Origin: Demequinaceae bacterium
GTDB lineage: Bacteria > Actinomycetota > Actinomycetes > Actinomycetales > Demequinaceae
Assembly (NCBI GenBank): GCA_965250005.1
Contig: OZ252279.1
Location: forward strand, 90,001 to 122,000
DNA: 32,000 nucleotides
Direction: 5' to 3'
Shown: positions 22,219-30,979 of the stretch, one piece after another
Position numbering within the stretch: the first letter of the stretch is position 1
Layout of the letters: every line of letters starts with the position of its first letter
Position numbers and translations under genes: made by a program
The notes under the pieces: model-generated
What the model was told of the DNA's origin: nothing
What the model saw: only the letters and a program-made list of their open reading frames with translations
The model's database searches: none

Positions 22219-24363
22219 CTACTTAGTCTCTGCGGCAACGAGACCCAGAATCTGGTCCATCTCCCACGCCAAGTACGGGGCGAGGGTGCGCACGTAAGTG
22301 TCCGTCAGGTGGTAGCCGCCGCGGTATACCACCACGTTTCCAATCACCGCGGGACAGTCGTCGGGGCCGCAAAAGTAGTCAGTGAAGTCGATGACGCTGA
22401 CCCCCAGCGACTGGGCAGCCGCCTCGCGCATCTCGTCGCCCGAACTCCGTCTGATGGACGAAGCGCGGGGGAGGTTGCATGCTGCGAGGTTGTCGAGGTT
22501 GTTCTCAAGGCACTCGACTATGTCGGGCGCGGGGATGGGGTTGTCGATCAAGACAATGACGTCGATGCCGCTGGCCTTGAGTTCCGCCCAGCGAGTCGCG
22601 TACGCAGCCACGCCGGTGTCGCTCGTGACCCGGGAAATATCAGTCTCGCCGGGTGAGCCTACCTCTCCGAAGATGCTCGACGTAATGACGTACTCCGGGG
22701 GGTTCGCCAAGAGATTTGCCAACACGCGGGCGTTCCATTCGTCGCAGTCTTCGTAGGGGCCGCCGCTGAAGACCAAGGTGCCGTTGGCGAATGAACAACT
22801 GACCTTGGACGTGAACTCGATCCGCCAGCCGCGGGAAGTCCCGTACGCGTCTAGCGCCGATGACCATTGCCGCGCCTTCGAGTCGCCCACGACAACCATG
22901 CGGCGTTCCGATCCCAGGTCCCCCGTTGCGCAGTACACCGGTTCTGGGTCGCCGCGGCCCGAAATCGAGCAGTCGGCGTCTGGAACCGGCGCCCGGTCGC
23001 TAAGAGTAAACTCTACGGCGGGGAAGACGAGCGACCCGTCGGCCGCCGGTTGATTGGCCCAGCGCGTCGCTGGATCGGGCCACAGCGCCGCTGCTCCCAA
23101 GGGCGTGGCCCAGTCGATTGTGTGGAGCGCTTGTTCAGCGGGGCGCTCGCCTGCGGGCGCGATGTTGATGTCGACAGGCTCCGGCGACTTGCCGGCAACC
23201 GAGATAAGGACACCGGCGCCCGCGCCCACCAGGCTGAGCATTGCGCCGTAGGCGAGCGAGCGGGCGGGGCGCGCGATAAGGGGTTTCGAGAAGCGAATGG
23301 GGTCCTCGATAAACCGGCGCGTGAGCCACGCAGGCACGATCGACGCCGCCACGACCGCGAGGCCCAGCGGCACCGTCACGTCGTCCCAGATGGCTCGCGC
23401 CGCGACGAGCAGCGGCCAATGCCACAGGTACAGCGCGTACGACAATCCACCCACCCACACGAGTGGCGACCACGCGCGGCTGCCGAGCCGCAGCGGATCC
23501 CACGTGGACGAGCCGGCAGCGATCAGCATCGCCGTTCCGACGGTAGGTAGCAGCGCGGAGGCACCCGGCCACGGCGTATACGAAGAAAATTGCACAACCG
23601 AAACGACAATCAACACGGCGCCTACGACCACGAAGCCTTCGGCGGTCCGGCGCCGCACCCGCGCCCAGAGCGGCGCGGCGATGGCCACCAGACCACCGAG
23701 CGACAACTCCCACATGCGGGTCCCGGTGTCGAAGAATGCGAACTGCGCGTTGGCCTCCGTCGATGCGACGGACCACACGAGGGAGGGCAAAGCCACCGCA
23801 CCCAAGGCAATCGCGAGGGCGGGGTGCATTCTCCACGACCAGCGGCGGATTGCCCACGCGACCAGGATGAGCAGGAGCGGCCAGATCAGGTAGAACTGCT
23901 CCTCTACCGACAGTGACCAGTAGTGCTGAGCCGGCGACGGAGGGATCTCTGCGCCAAGGTAGTCGACGGCTCGCCCCGCAAAGCGCCAGTTGGCGAAGTA
24001 GCCCGCCGCGGAGGCCAGGTCGAGCCCGTAGGTCTGGCGAAACGATTGCGGCGACAAGTAGGCGACCACGGCGCCCGTGAACAGGATGACGGTGACGGCC
24101 GCGGGAAGCAGGCGCCGTGCCCGTCGCGCGTAGAAGTCGCGGAGGCGGATCCGGCCGGTGCTCTCCAGCTCGCGAACCAGCAACCCGGTGATCAGGAACC
24201 CAGAGATGACAAAGAAGATGTCGACGCCAACAAAACCGGCGGGCACAGCGGTGACCCCGGCGTGGAAAATCAGTACAAGCGCCACTGCTATCGCCCGGAG
24301 GGCCTCGACGTCCTTGCGGAAGTCAATCGGCCGCGCGGGGCGTTCGAGGCGGGGCGGAGGCAT
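22219..24363 (-). CDS. Acyltransferase family 3 (OafA/OatA-like) membrane protein with a C-terminal SGNH-like domain
   Basis: FRKDVEALRAIAVALVLIFHAG is the AT3 signature start. Multiple TM spans follow, then a ~330-aa soluble C-terminal domain. Total length is 714 aa. Confidence 0.85.
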   Translation of the reverse strand: MPPPRLERPARPIDFRKDVEALRAIAVALVLIFHAGVTAVPAGFVGVDIFFVISGFLITGLLVRELESTGRIRLRDFYARRARRLLPAAVTVILFTGAVVAYLSPQSFRQTYGLDLASAAGYFANWRFAGRAVDYLGAEIPPSPAQHYWSLSVEEQFYLIWPLLLILVAWAIRRWSWRMHPALAIALGAVALPSLVWSVASTEANAQFAFFDTGTRMWELSLGGLVAIAAPLWARVRRRTAEGFVVVGAVLIVVSVVQFSSYTPWPGASALLPTVGTAMLIAAGSSTWDPLRLGSRAWSPLVWVGGLSYALYLWHWPLLVAARAIWDDVTVPLGLAVVAASIVPAWLTRRFIEDPIRFSKPLIARPARSLAYGAMLSLVGAGAGVLISVAGKSPEPVDINIAPAGERPAEQALHTIDWATPLGAAALWPDPATRWANQPAADGSLVFPAVEFTLSDRAPVPDADCSISGRGDPEPVYCATGDLGSERRMVVVGDSKARQWSSALDAYGTSRGWRIEFTSKVSCSFANGTLVFSGGPYEDCDEWNARVLANLLANPPEYVITSSIFGEVGSPGETDISRVTSDTGVAAYATRWAELKASGIDVIVLIDNPIPAPDIVECLENNLDNLAACNLPRASSIRRSSGDEMREAAAQSLGVSVIDFTDYFCGPDDCPAVIGNVVVYRGGYHLTDTYVRTLAPYLAWEMDQILGLVAAETK

Positions 24364-24441
24364 CGGGCTAGCGTATCGCTGGGCGATGCCTGGGGAGGAG
24401 TCGCGGAACTCCTGTCGAGGGGTTGCGCGCGAACGTCGGCG

Positions 24442-25227
24442 CTAGGCGGACAGGCGTGACCCGGGGACGAGGTTGGGCCGACCCGGATCGGGGGCGGCGG
24501 AGGATTCGGCAGCGGTGCTGGCGCGCCGGGATGCGGCCTTGTCGCCGATGCTCGACAACCAATTCGCTCCCCACTCGGCAAGCGAGAGGCATACGTTGAG
24601 CACACCTATGGCAATGAAAGGCGCGGCAGCGATTTGCATCAGCCACATTTGGAACCACACCCGGCCCCACAGCAGAGTTGCGGCGTTCACCGCAGCGATG
24701 GGCGCCCACCAGGGGAAGCCAAAGAAGTCGGCGCCAATGGCGCCCGCGACGATACCCCAACCGAGGAGGACGTAGCCCCCTGTGAGTTGCACCGCCTGGC
24801 CCCATTTCTGGAACCACACTCCTTGGTCCCAGTAGCGGCCTACGGCGGCGCCTGCGAATATCAGGTTCGAGCGGAAGCGGGGGACTCCTGCGTCTCGCAA
24901 CATGCGAAGGAGGCGGCGATCGGCGTTCTCGCGCGCCGTTCTCCAGATGATTCCGCGCCGCTTCCAGCTTGCTTTGACGGCGTTCGCGGTGAGATCCGAA
25001 ACCTCTTGGTCGTGGACCAACGCCGGGCGCGTTTGTCGGCCGAATGGGGAAAGCACCGACCACAGTGGCCAAGGTATGGATGCGAGGTCAGTCGCCAGGC
25101 CCTCATGCGCGACCCGGCGTTGGTGCTTTTTTGGCTCAGTCGGGTCTATGTACGTTACGTCTTCGAGCAGGCGGAATCGGCCGCTTTCAAATTGCTCGAT
25201 CTTGGCGGATTGGCTCTCCCAAGGCAT
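24442..25227 (-). CDS. DUF1353-like domain fused to a Trp/Gly-rich multi-span membrane region
   Basis: ATDLASIPWPLWSVLSPFGRQTRPALVHDQ matches the DUF1353 core pattern as I remember it. The C-terminal half has 3-4 hydrophobic spans. The start is set at the ATG at 25227. Confidence 0.65.
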   Translation of the reverse strand: MPWESQSAKIEQFESGRFRLLEDVTYIDPTEPKKHQRRVAHEGLATDLASIPWPLWSVLSPFGRQTRPALVHDQEVSDLTANAVKASWKRRGIIWRTARENADRRLLRMLRDAGVPRFRSNLIFAGAAVGRYWDQGVWFQKWGQAVQLTGGYVLLGWGIVAGAIGADFFGFPWWAPIAAVNAATLLWGRVWFQMWLMQIAAAPFIAIGVLNVCLSLAEWGANWLSSIGDKAASRRASTAAESSAAPDPGRPNLVPGSRLSA

Positions 25228-25363
25228 ACGGCGTGCCCCCCAAATACGGTTGAGCGCACGTCGCTGTGCGCAGGGGTGGATCGGTACATTTCGACCATAA
25301 CCTGGCGCCGCGCAAAGCGCGCGGGATAGAAACTCGCTCGACCCGCCCGCATAGGCTGGTGCA

Positions 25364-25882
25364 ATGAGCAAAGACGCGCGCGTGGCTGATTCCGGCGAGT
25401 CGACCCAGCCCGACGGGGTGCGCCGCGGATGGGTGCTGGTTGCGATCCAAGGAGCGTTGTTTGCGGGGGTTGTGATTGCCGCGTTTGTGCCGCCCGTGGG
25501 CCCTGAATTGTGGACCTCTACGCCAGTCGCGCTCGCAGTGGTCGTTGCCGGAGCGGTCGGCGTGGTTTTCGCCGCGAGGCACTTGGGCAGTGCGTTGACG
25601 CCGCATCCCGTTTCGAACGGAACGGGATTGGCCGTGCGCGGGGTCTACAAACAGGTCCGCCATCCTATGTACTCGTCGCTCGTGTTGATCTGCCTGGGCG
25701 TCGTGCTGGCCGTAGGAACGCTGGCAATCTACGCGGTAGTGGCAGGGCTGGCCGTGCTGTTCGAAGTGAAGACGCGCATGGAGGAGCAGTACTTGATGAC
25801 CGCGTACGACGGCTACGCCGAGTACGCGGCGCGCACGGGGAAGTTTGTCCCAGGAGTCGGGCGGCGGCGCGTGCGCTCGTAG
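25364..25882 (+). CDS. Isoprenylcysteine carboxyl methyltransferase (ICMT/PEMT-like) family membrane methyltransferase
   Basis: GVYKQVRHPMYSSLVLICLG ... EEQYLMTAYDGYAEYAARTGKFVPG fits the ICMT-family C-terminal pattern. Confidence 0.8.
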   Translation: MSKDARVADSGESTQPDGVRRGWVLVAIQGALFAGVVIAAFVPPVGPELWTSTPVALAVVVAGAVGVVFAARHLGSALTPHPVSNGTGLAVRGVYKQVRHPMYSSLVLICLGVVLAVGTLAIYAVVAGLAVLFEVKTRMEEQYLMTAYDGYAEYAARTGKFVPGVGRRRVRS

Positions 25883-25946
25883 GGGCGTGTCCACAGGTTT
25901 GGCTCTATCTTCTGCACATTTGCGCAGGCGCCGATAGGGTCTCCGC

Positions 25947-26570
25947 ATGGCTAGAACCATTCGAAATCACTCGATCCGCGCCCGCGGAGTGGCGGTTGGG
26001 CTAGCGGTTGTTGCAGCGGCTGCTGCTTGCACCGAACCCGGCCCCGTCGTCACGGAGACTCCCACGCTAGCCGTCTCAGCCACCCCTACCGCTGCGGCGG
26101 TGCCGTCGCCGTCGCCCACCCCGCTTACGGATGCGGAACTGCTCGCGCGGCTCCCTCCGGGGGCAGAACTGCCCGATGTCCAAGGGGCGATCATCACGGC
26201 GGTTTTCTTCCTCAAGCAATACCCGATTGTGTACGAGACCGGAGACCTACGAGTTTGGAACGCGCTCTCGGGCCCGGACTGCGTGTTTTGCGGGTCTGTG
26301 CGTGCAGGAGTTGAGGAGATATTTGCCGACGGCGCATTCTTGACGGGTGGTGCGATGAATATCGATGAACTGAGAACTGTAGCTAGCGCCAATCTGGACG
26401 ACGGGTTTACCTATGTTTCGCTGCATGTTGACATTGATCCCACTACGAGAAATCTCGCGAGCGGGGAACTAGAACCTGAAGGCGACGGTGGGCCGGGAGT
26501 CGTTCATCTGCGGATGGACTTGCAGGGCGGTATGTGGCGCGTCTCAGACGTCGGCCTTGAAGAGGTGTAG
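25947..26570 (+). CDS. Putative lipoprotein (resembles the actinobacterial DUF6318-type family)
   Basis: The signal-like N-terminus is GVAVGLAVVAAAAAC, with the Cys as the candidate lipidation site. A Pro/Thr/Ala linker follows, then FFLKQYPIVYETGD and SGPDCVFCGSV. Confidence 0.6.
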   Translation: MARTIRNHSIRARGVAVGLAVVAAAAACTEPGPVVTETPTLAVSATPTAAAVPSPSPTPLTDAELLARLPPGAELPDVQGAIITAVFFLKQYPIVYETGDLRVWNALSGPDCVFCGSVRAGVEEIFADGAFLTGGAMNIDELRTVASANLDDGFTYVSLHVDIDPTTRNLASGELEPEGDGGPGVVHLRMDLQGGMWRVSDVGLEEV

Positions 26571-26573
26571 CAG

Positions 26574-27443
26574 GTGCTGATCGAAACACTTCAGCGAGGC
26601 GTGGTCGCGATTCTGGTTGGGGCCATCGCGCTGGCGCCAGGGGAATCGCCCGGTTTTTGGGGGGAAACCGATAACGGTGACGTTACAGTTGGCGCTGAAG
26701 ACATTAGTGGAGGCGCCAGCGCTCAGGGCGCGGACGGTGGCAGTAGCGGTGCGCGAATCGAAGAGCGCATCGCCGCACCGGCCTGCATCTACGTGTGGCT
26801 CCGCGTCGACGGAGGCTACGGCTGCACTGATCCCGTCTACGAGGTCGCCGCGTTCTGCGCGGATGGCACTCCGGCATTGGATCCCATCTGGATGAGGTTC
26901 CGAATCGGCTCGGGGCCGTGGTCGGTCTGGACAATGATCACTTGGTACCGATGCCCCGGCGAGACCGCGCGCGAGACCGCGATCCGTGAAGCCTGGGGCA
27001 CCATGCCGATCAGGGCGAACACCATTACGGTCCAGCCAGCGACCGGATGGACGGTTACTACGGTCCCGACCATCGTCTATGTGGATCGCGGCCCGCGCAC
27101 GCTATCCGTCAACCTGCTCGGCACGCCAGTCCTGATTCGCGCCAACGCCTCCGCGTACACCTGGCAGTGGGGGGATGGCAGCCCGGCCACCATTACGGGT
27201 AGCCCCGGCTCGGCGTACCCGAACCACGACGTGACGCATACGTACATGTACGAAGAGCGGCTCGTGACGATCTCGTTGACCACCTCGTGGACCGGCCAAT
27301 ACTCGACCGACGGCGGCGCCACCTGGAGTGCCGCACCCGGCACCGCGTACACGGCGTCGACGCCTGTCGACATCTATGTGTACAACCCTCACAGTCACCA
27401 AGTGAACTGCGACATCACCGAATACTGCCTTACGGATCCGTAG
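26574..27443 (+). CDS. Secreted or membrane-anchored hypothetical protein with a PKD-like segment
   Basis: The GTG start lies 3 nt after the upstream stop codon. An N-terminal hydrophobic span is present. YTWQWGDGSPATITGSPGSAYPNHDVTHTY resembles the PKD W-x-F-G-D-G ... H-x-Y pattern. Confidence 0.55.
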   Translation: MLIETLQRGVVAILVGAIALAPGESPGFWGETDNGDVTVGAEDISGGASAQGADGGSSGARIEERIAAPACIYVWLRVDGGYGCTDPVYEVAAFCADGTPALDPIWMRFRIGSGPWSVWTMITWYRCPGETARETAIREAWGTMPIRANTITVQPATGWTVTTVPTIVYVDRGPRTLSVNLLGTPVLIRANASAYTWQWGDGSPATITGSPGSAYPNHDVTHTYMYEERLVTISLTTSWTGQYSTDGGATWSAAPGTAYTASTPVDIYVYNPHSHQVNCDITEYCLTDP

Positions 27444-27555
27444 GGACCACCGGCGCCAGCAGCGCGCGGATCAGTGCGACCCGTCGCCGCAGTCGCCGCC
27501 CAAGTGGCGCTAGAGCACCAAGAACCTGAACGGCGACCGAAGTCGGCAGCAGTCG

Positions 27556-27894
27556 TTACATGCCAGGGACGTCGGCGCCTTCGAGGACTTCGACTTCACA
27601 GCCGCCGGGCATGTTCAGGTGCGGGTGGTCCTTGGCGAGTGCGACTGCCGCGTCCATGTCGGCTGCCTCGATGATCGTGTATCCGGTAATGTCGCTGCTG
27701 CTCGGACGGGCCTTGCCGCCGGGGCTTACCGTCTGGCCGCCGCTCAGGGGAGTGCCGAAGTCAGTCATGTCGCCGCCGACCTTCTCGGCCCACTTCATCC
27801 ACTCGCCCATGACGGCCTTCATGTCTTCTTCGCTGGGTGCAGCGCCATCGGGCATCTCGGCCGGACCGTGGTAAATGAATACGAACTTGCTCAT
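27556..27894 (-). CDS. YCII/YciI-like domain protein
   Basis: MSKFVFIYHGP...MGEWMKWAEKVG...GYTIIEAADMDAAVALAKDHP is a typical YCII-family pattern. Confidence 0.8.
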   Translation of the reverse strand: MSKFVFIYHGPAEMPDGAAPSEEDMKAVMGEWMKWAEKVGGDMTDFGTPLSGGQTVSPGGKARPSSSDITGYTIIEAADMDAAVALAKDHPHLNMPGGCEVEVLEGADVPGM

Positions 27895-27952
27895 GTTCTG
27901 CTCTTTCTGTTGTGCCCGGCCACGTGCCGAGCGATGCGTAGTGCGATGGGTA

Positions 27953-28384
27953 CTACTTCTCGTGGAGCTCGGCGAGCGTGTTGAGGCAGCCCACCCAGCC
28001 TTCGTGGTGGTTGTCCGCGACGGTCTGATTCTCGAAGCGCGCGTGGGTGAGCGTCACCAGGGTCCGCTCGCCACGGTCCGTGAAATCGACTGTCACCACG
28101 GCCCCGTGAAGGTCGAGGCCCTCGCAGTTCCATGTGAAGACGATGCGCTCGGGTTCGTCAAAGGTCACGAACTCGCCGTCGAGCAGCGTGCTGCCCTCGG
28201 CCATGATCATCTCGAATGTGTAGTGGCCACCCGCGCGGGGGTCGATGGTGACGGCGGTGGGCTCGAACAGCTCGAGCGAGGGCCGCATCCACTGGCTCAG
28301 GTGTTCCCTGTCCGTCTACAGCTTCCACATGGTCGCGCGGTCCACAGCGAACTCGCGCTCGACCGAAACACTCAAATCCGTCAC
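27953..28384 (-). pseudogene. SRPBCC (AHSA1/START-like) protein gene interrupted by an in-frame TAG
   Basis: The reading frame starts at GTG 28384 (GTGA overlap with the arsR-like stop codon) and gives VTDLSVSVEREFAVDRATMWKL*TDREHLSQWMRPS... The stop codon is at 28316-28318. The ORF track only reports the 111-aa portion downstream, from the ATG at 28288. Confidence 0.7.
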
Positions 28385-28725
28385 TTTTTCTCCTCGTTGA
28401 TTCTGTCGATGTACGCCTCGAGGTAGTTGAACTGCTGCGACCAGTACTCGCGCGTTTGGTTCATCCACTGCTGCGCCTCATTGAGCGCGTCGCGATTGAG
28501 GATGAGGTGCCGCTCGCGGCCGGCTTCCCGGCGCTGAGCGATCCCAGCTTTTTCGAGTGCGATTGCGTGCTTGTTGAGCATCTGTGGGGAGATGGCATTG
28601 TCGCGGGCGACGGAGGTCATGGCTGGGGGCGACGGCTGGATCGCCAGGTATTGCACGATGCCTCGGCGCACCGGGTGCGACAGCGCGGTAAACACGTGAT
28701 CGAGCGTGACAGGTTGATAAACCAT
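28381..28725 (-). CDS. ArsR/SmtB-family HTH transcriptional regulator
   Basis: LDHVFTALSHPVRRGIVQYL is typical of ArsR-family N-termini. I preferred the ATG at 28725 over the TTG at 28761. Confidence 0.8.
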   Translation of the reverse strand: MVYQPVTLDHVFTALSHPVRRGIVQYLAIQPSPPAMTSVARDNAISPQMLNKHAIALEKAGIAQRREAGRERHLILNRDALNEAQQWMNQTREYWSQQFNYLEAYIDRINEEKK

Positions 28726-28826
28726 AAGGTTTAGTATGCGCTGGGGCGGCGGGAAACGCAACCCCTACCGGCACGCCCGCTGGCGCGGCTACTGGCGGGC
28801 ATCAACCGCGGACGTAGGCTGATGCC

Positions 28827-29597
28827 ATGACAGAGCTTCTTCATGTAGTGGTCACGGGGGCATCTTCGGGAATCGGCGCGGCGACCGTACGCGCGCTCAC
28901 ATCTGAAGGCCTCCAGGTCACCGCCGTTGCCCGTCGTGCGGACCGTCTAGCGGAGCTCGCGGAAGAGACCGGCTGCGCCACGATTGTCTGCGACATCACC
29001 AAGGACAAAGACGTCGCGGCCATGGTCAAAGCCGCGACCAAGTCCGGACCCGTGCACGCACTTGTCAACAACGCGGGCGGGGCGCTCGGGATGGGCCCCA
29101 TTGCCGATTCGTCTCTGACCGACTGGACCACTCAGTACGAAGTAAACGTGGTCGGAACCGTCCGGGTGACCAAGGCGCTACTGCCGTCTCTGCGTGAGAG
29201 CGGGCATGGGGACGTCGTTGTCATCACATCGACCGCGGGCCTCGAGCCGTACGAGGGCGGCGCCGGCTACGTGGCCGCCAAGACCGCCGAGCATGCGATG
29301 GCGCGAACCCTGCGACTCGAGCTCACGGGCACCGGAGTGCGGGTGATCGAGATCGCGCCCGGAATGGTTCACACCGAGGAGTTCAGCCTCAACCGGTTTG
29401 ACGGAGATCAAGAGGCCGCGGACAGCGTTTACAAGGGCATCGAACCGCTGGTCGCGGAAGATATCGCCGATGCGGTCGCCTGGGCGATTCACCGTCCGCA
29501 CCACGTGTCGATCGACCAGATGGTGATCCGCCCGCGCGAGCAGGGCAGTGCGACCAAGACCGTGCGCTACATCGGCTCGGCCGGAGAGCAGGATTAG
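28827..29597 (+). CDS. Short-chain dehydrogenase/reductase (SDR) family oxidoreductase
   Basis: VVTGASSGIGAA is the TGxxxGxG motif, NNAGG is present, and YVAAK is the YxxxK motif. Confidence 0.9.
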   Translation: MTELLHVVVTGASSGIGAATVRALTSEGLQVTAVARRADRLAELAEETGCATIVCDITKDKDVAAMVKAATKSGPVHALVNNAGGALGMGPIADSSLTDWTTQYEVNVVGTVRVTKALLPSLRESGHGDVVVITSTAGLEPYEGGAGYVAAKTAEHAMARTLRLELTGTGVRVIEIAPGMVHTEEFSLNRFDGDQEAADSVYKGIEPLVAEDIADAVAWAIHRPHHVSIDQMVIRPREQGSATKTVRYIGSAGEQD

Positions 29598-29599
29598 CG

Positions 29600-29764
29600 A
29601 TGGACGAATCGGCTGCCTACGAACTCGTTGGCGAACTGATCGGGTATCTCCTTGTTCCCGCAGCCGTCGTCTGGCTAATCGTCAGGCACAACCGGAAGGT
29701 TGCAGCTCGCAAAGAGGACGAACTCCAGGCCGAGCAGGACGGCTCAGGCGTCGCGCCTCAGTAG
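29600..29764 (+). CDS. Possible 54-aa single-span membrane peptide, below the ORF-track length cutoff
   Basis: The ATG lies 2 nt after the SDR stop codon, with GGAGAG about 12 nt upstream. It encodes MDESAAYELVGELIGYLLVPAAVVWLIVRHNRKVAARKEDELQAEQDGSGVAPQ. The only support is the hydrophobic core followed by a basic flank. Confidence 0.3.
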   Translation: MDESAAYELVGELIGYLLVPAAVVWLIVRHNRKVAARKEDELQAEQDGSGVAPQ

Positions 29765-29997
29765 CCCTTCGAGATTCGCCAGTTCGCCGAACGCGTATAC
29801 GTGGGGATCAGGAACGCGTCGATGAGCCAGCCGACGCCCAGAAGGCCCGCCGTGAACAGGTAGATCAAGCCCCAGATGGGCTTGCGCAGGTAAAAATGAT
29901 GCCCGCCAAAAATGCCGAGGAAGAACCACAGCAAGTAGGCGATTCCGACGTCCTTGAGCGGACGAGAGGCATTGGCGGGCGAAGGTGTCGCTGTCAT
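29758..29997 (-). CDS. TM2 domain-containing membrane protein
   Basis: IAYLLWFFLGIFGGHHFYLRKPIWGLIYLFTAGLLGVGWLIDAFLIP matches the TM2 domain pattern. Confidence 0.8.
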   Translation of the reverse strand: MTATPSPANASRPLKDVGIAYLLWFFLGIFGGHHFYLRKPIWGLIYLFTAGLLGVGWLIDAFLIPTYTRSANWRISKGY

Positions 29998-30086
29998 GCC
30001 ACGATGCTATCCGCGCGCGGAGAGGCGCAACATCAGGGAGCACCCCGACCCCGCACGGGGGAGGCCCGAAGTGGCTTGCGTGTGTC

Positions 30087-30467
30087 TTAGGAGCGGGATG
30101 CGATTGCGATTGCCACGAGGGCGATCGCAGGCAGCGTGCCCTGCACGACTGCTCCGCGCCACAGCCTGGGGAACCGCCATACCAGCACGATTGCCGCTCC
30201 AGCCATGTACGCCATGCTGTAGATGAGTAGCGTGTTCGAGTCGCTCTGCGCCGCCATCCACGCACCCACAAGCGCGCCTATAGCGAGGAATAGGTTGTAG
30301 AACCCCTGGTTGAAGAACACGCCTTCTTGCGCGAGCGCGTCTTCGGCGCTGCGCGCACCAAACAGGCGCCACACGGGCTCACGCTTCCACAGGAGCGACT
30401 CCAGCATCCAGATCCCAATGTGGACGAGTCCTGCGAGGGAGGCAGCAACGACGGCGAAGGTAATCAT
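30087..30467 (-). CDS. DUF1304-like small membrane protein
   Basis: The protein is 126 aa with four hydrophobic spans. HIGIWMLESLLW ... FFNQGFYNLFLAIG is as I recall for DUF1304. Confidence 0.7.
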   Translation of the reverse strand: MITFAVVAASLAGLVHIGIWMLESLLWKREPVWRLFGARSAEDALAQEGVFFNQGFYNLFLAIGALVGAWMAAQSDSNTLLIYSMAYMAGAAIVLVWRFPRLWRGAVVQGTLPAIALVAIAIASRS

Positions 30468-30526
30468 GCGCCGAGCCTACGCGGGTGGGCCCCACAGGGC
30501 CCACCCGCCAGCGAACTTAGGTCTCG

Positions 30527-30901
30527 CTACTCGGGCAAACCTTCGAGGACCGAGATGATGTTTCCGGCCGGATCCTTGAACCACGCCACGCCCGGCGCCG
30601 TCGTCCGATCGATGCCCTTGGCGTCGGTGTTGGGGTATATCTCCATCGTGACGCCGCCGGCGACGAGGCTGTCAACGGCCTCCTCCACGCTGTCAACAGG
30701 GATGTTAAGGCAGGTGTACACAGCCGCGACGTGGTCAGGCTTGTCGTACGCCATCAGGGTGCCGCCTCCGTGCGTGATCATCAAAAACCCCTCGTTCATG
30801 GTGACGTCGAAGCCAAGGACTTCGCTGTAGAACTTCTTGCCCGCCTCGAGGTCGGGCATGGAGACGCTGCTGAATGACTTTGCTTTTGCGAACATGTTCA
30901 C
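30527..30901 (-). CDS. VOC (glyoxalase/bleomycin-resistance/dioxygenase) family protein
   Basis: The protein is 124 aa. FYSEVLGFDV ... WFKDPAGNIISVLE is a typical VOC-fold pattern. Confidence 0.8.
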   Translation of the reverse strand: MNMFAKAKSFSSVSMPDLEAGKKFYSEVLGFDVTMNEGFLMITHGGGTLMAYDKPDHVAAVYTCLNIPVDSVEEAVDSLVAGGVTMEIYPNTDAKGIDRTTAPGVAWFKDPAGNIISVLEGLPE

Positions 30902-30979
30902 TCCTTGTGATCTTCATTGATCAGTGCCGTTGATTGCACTATGGGATGGGGTACTTCTGCACGCAACGAGCCCCGTGGA

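Noticed and set aside
22107-22238. The longer gamma-subunit ORF starting at 22238.
   Set aside because: The extension is Ser/Arg/Pro-rich. The canonical MFQVRIHGRGGQG start at 22106 has a strong RBS immediately upstream.
27444-27555. A rho-independent terminator between the convergent genes ending at 27443 and 27556.
   Set aside because: I found only a 4-bp stem (CGAC-cgaa-GTCG) and no U-tract, which is too weak to report.
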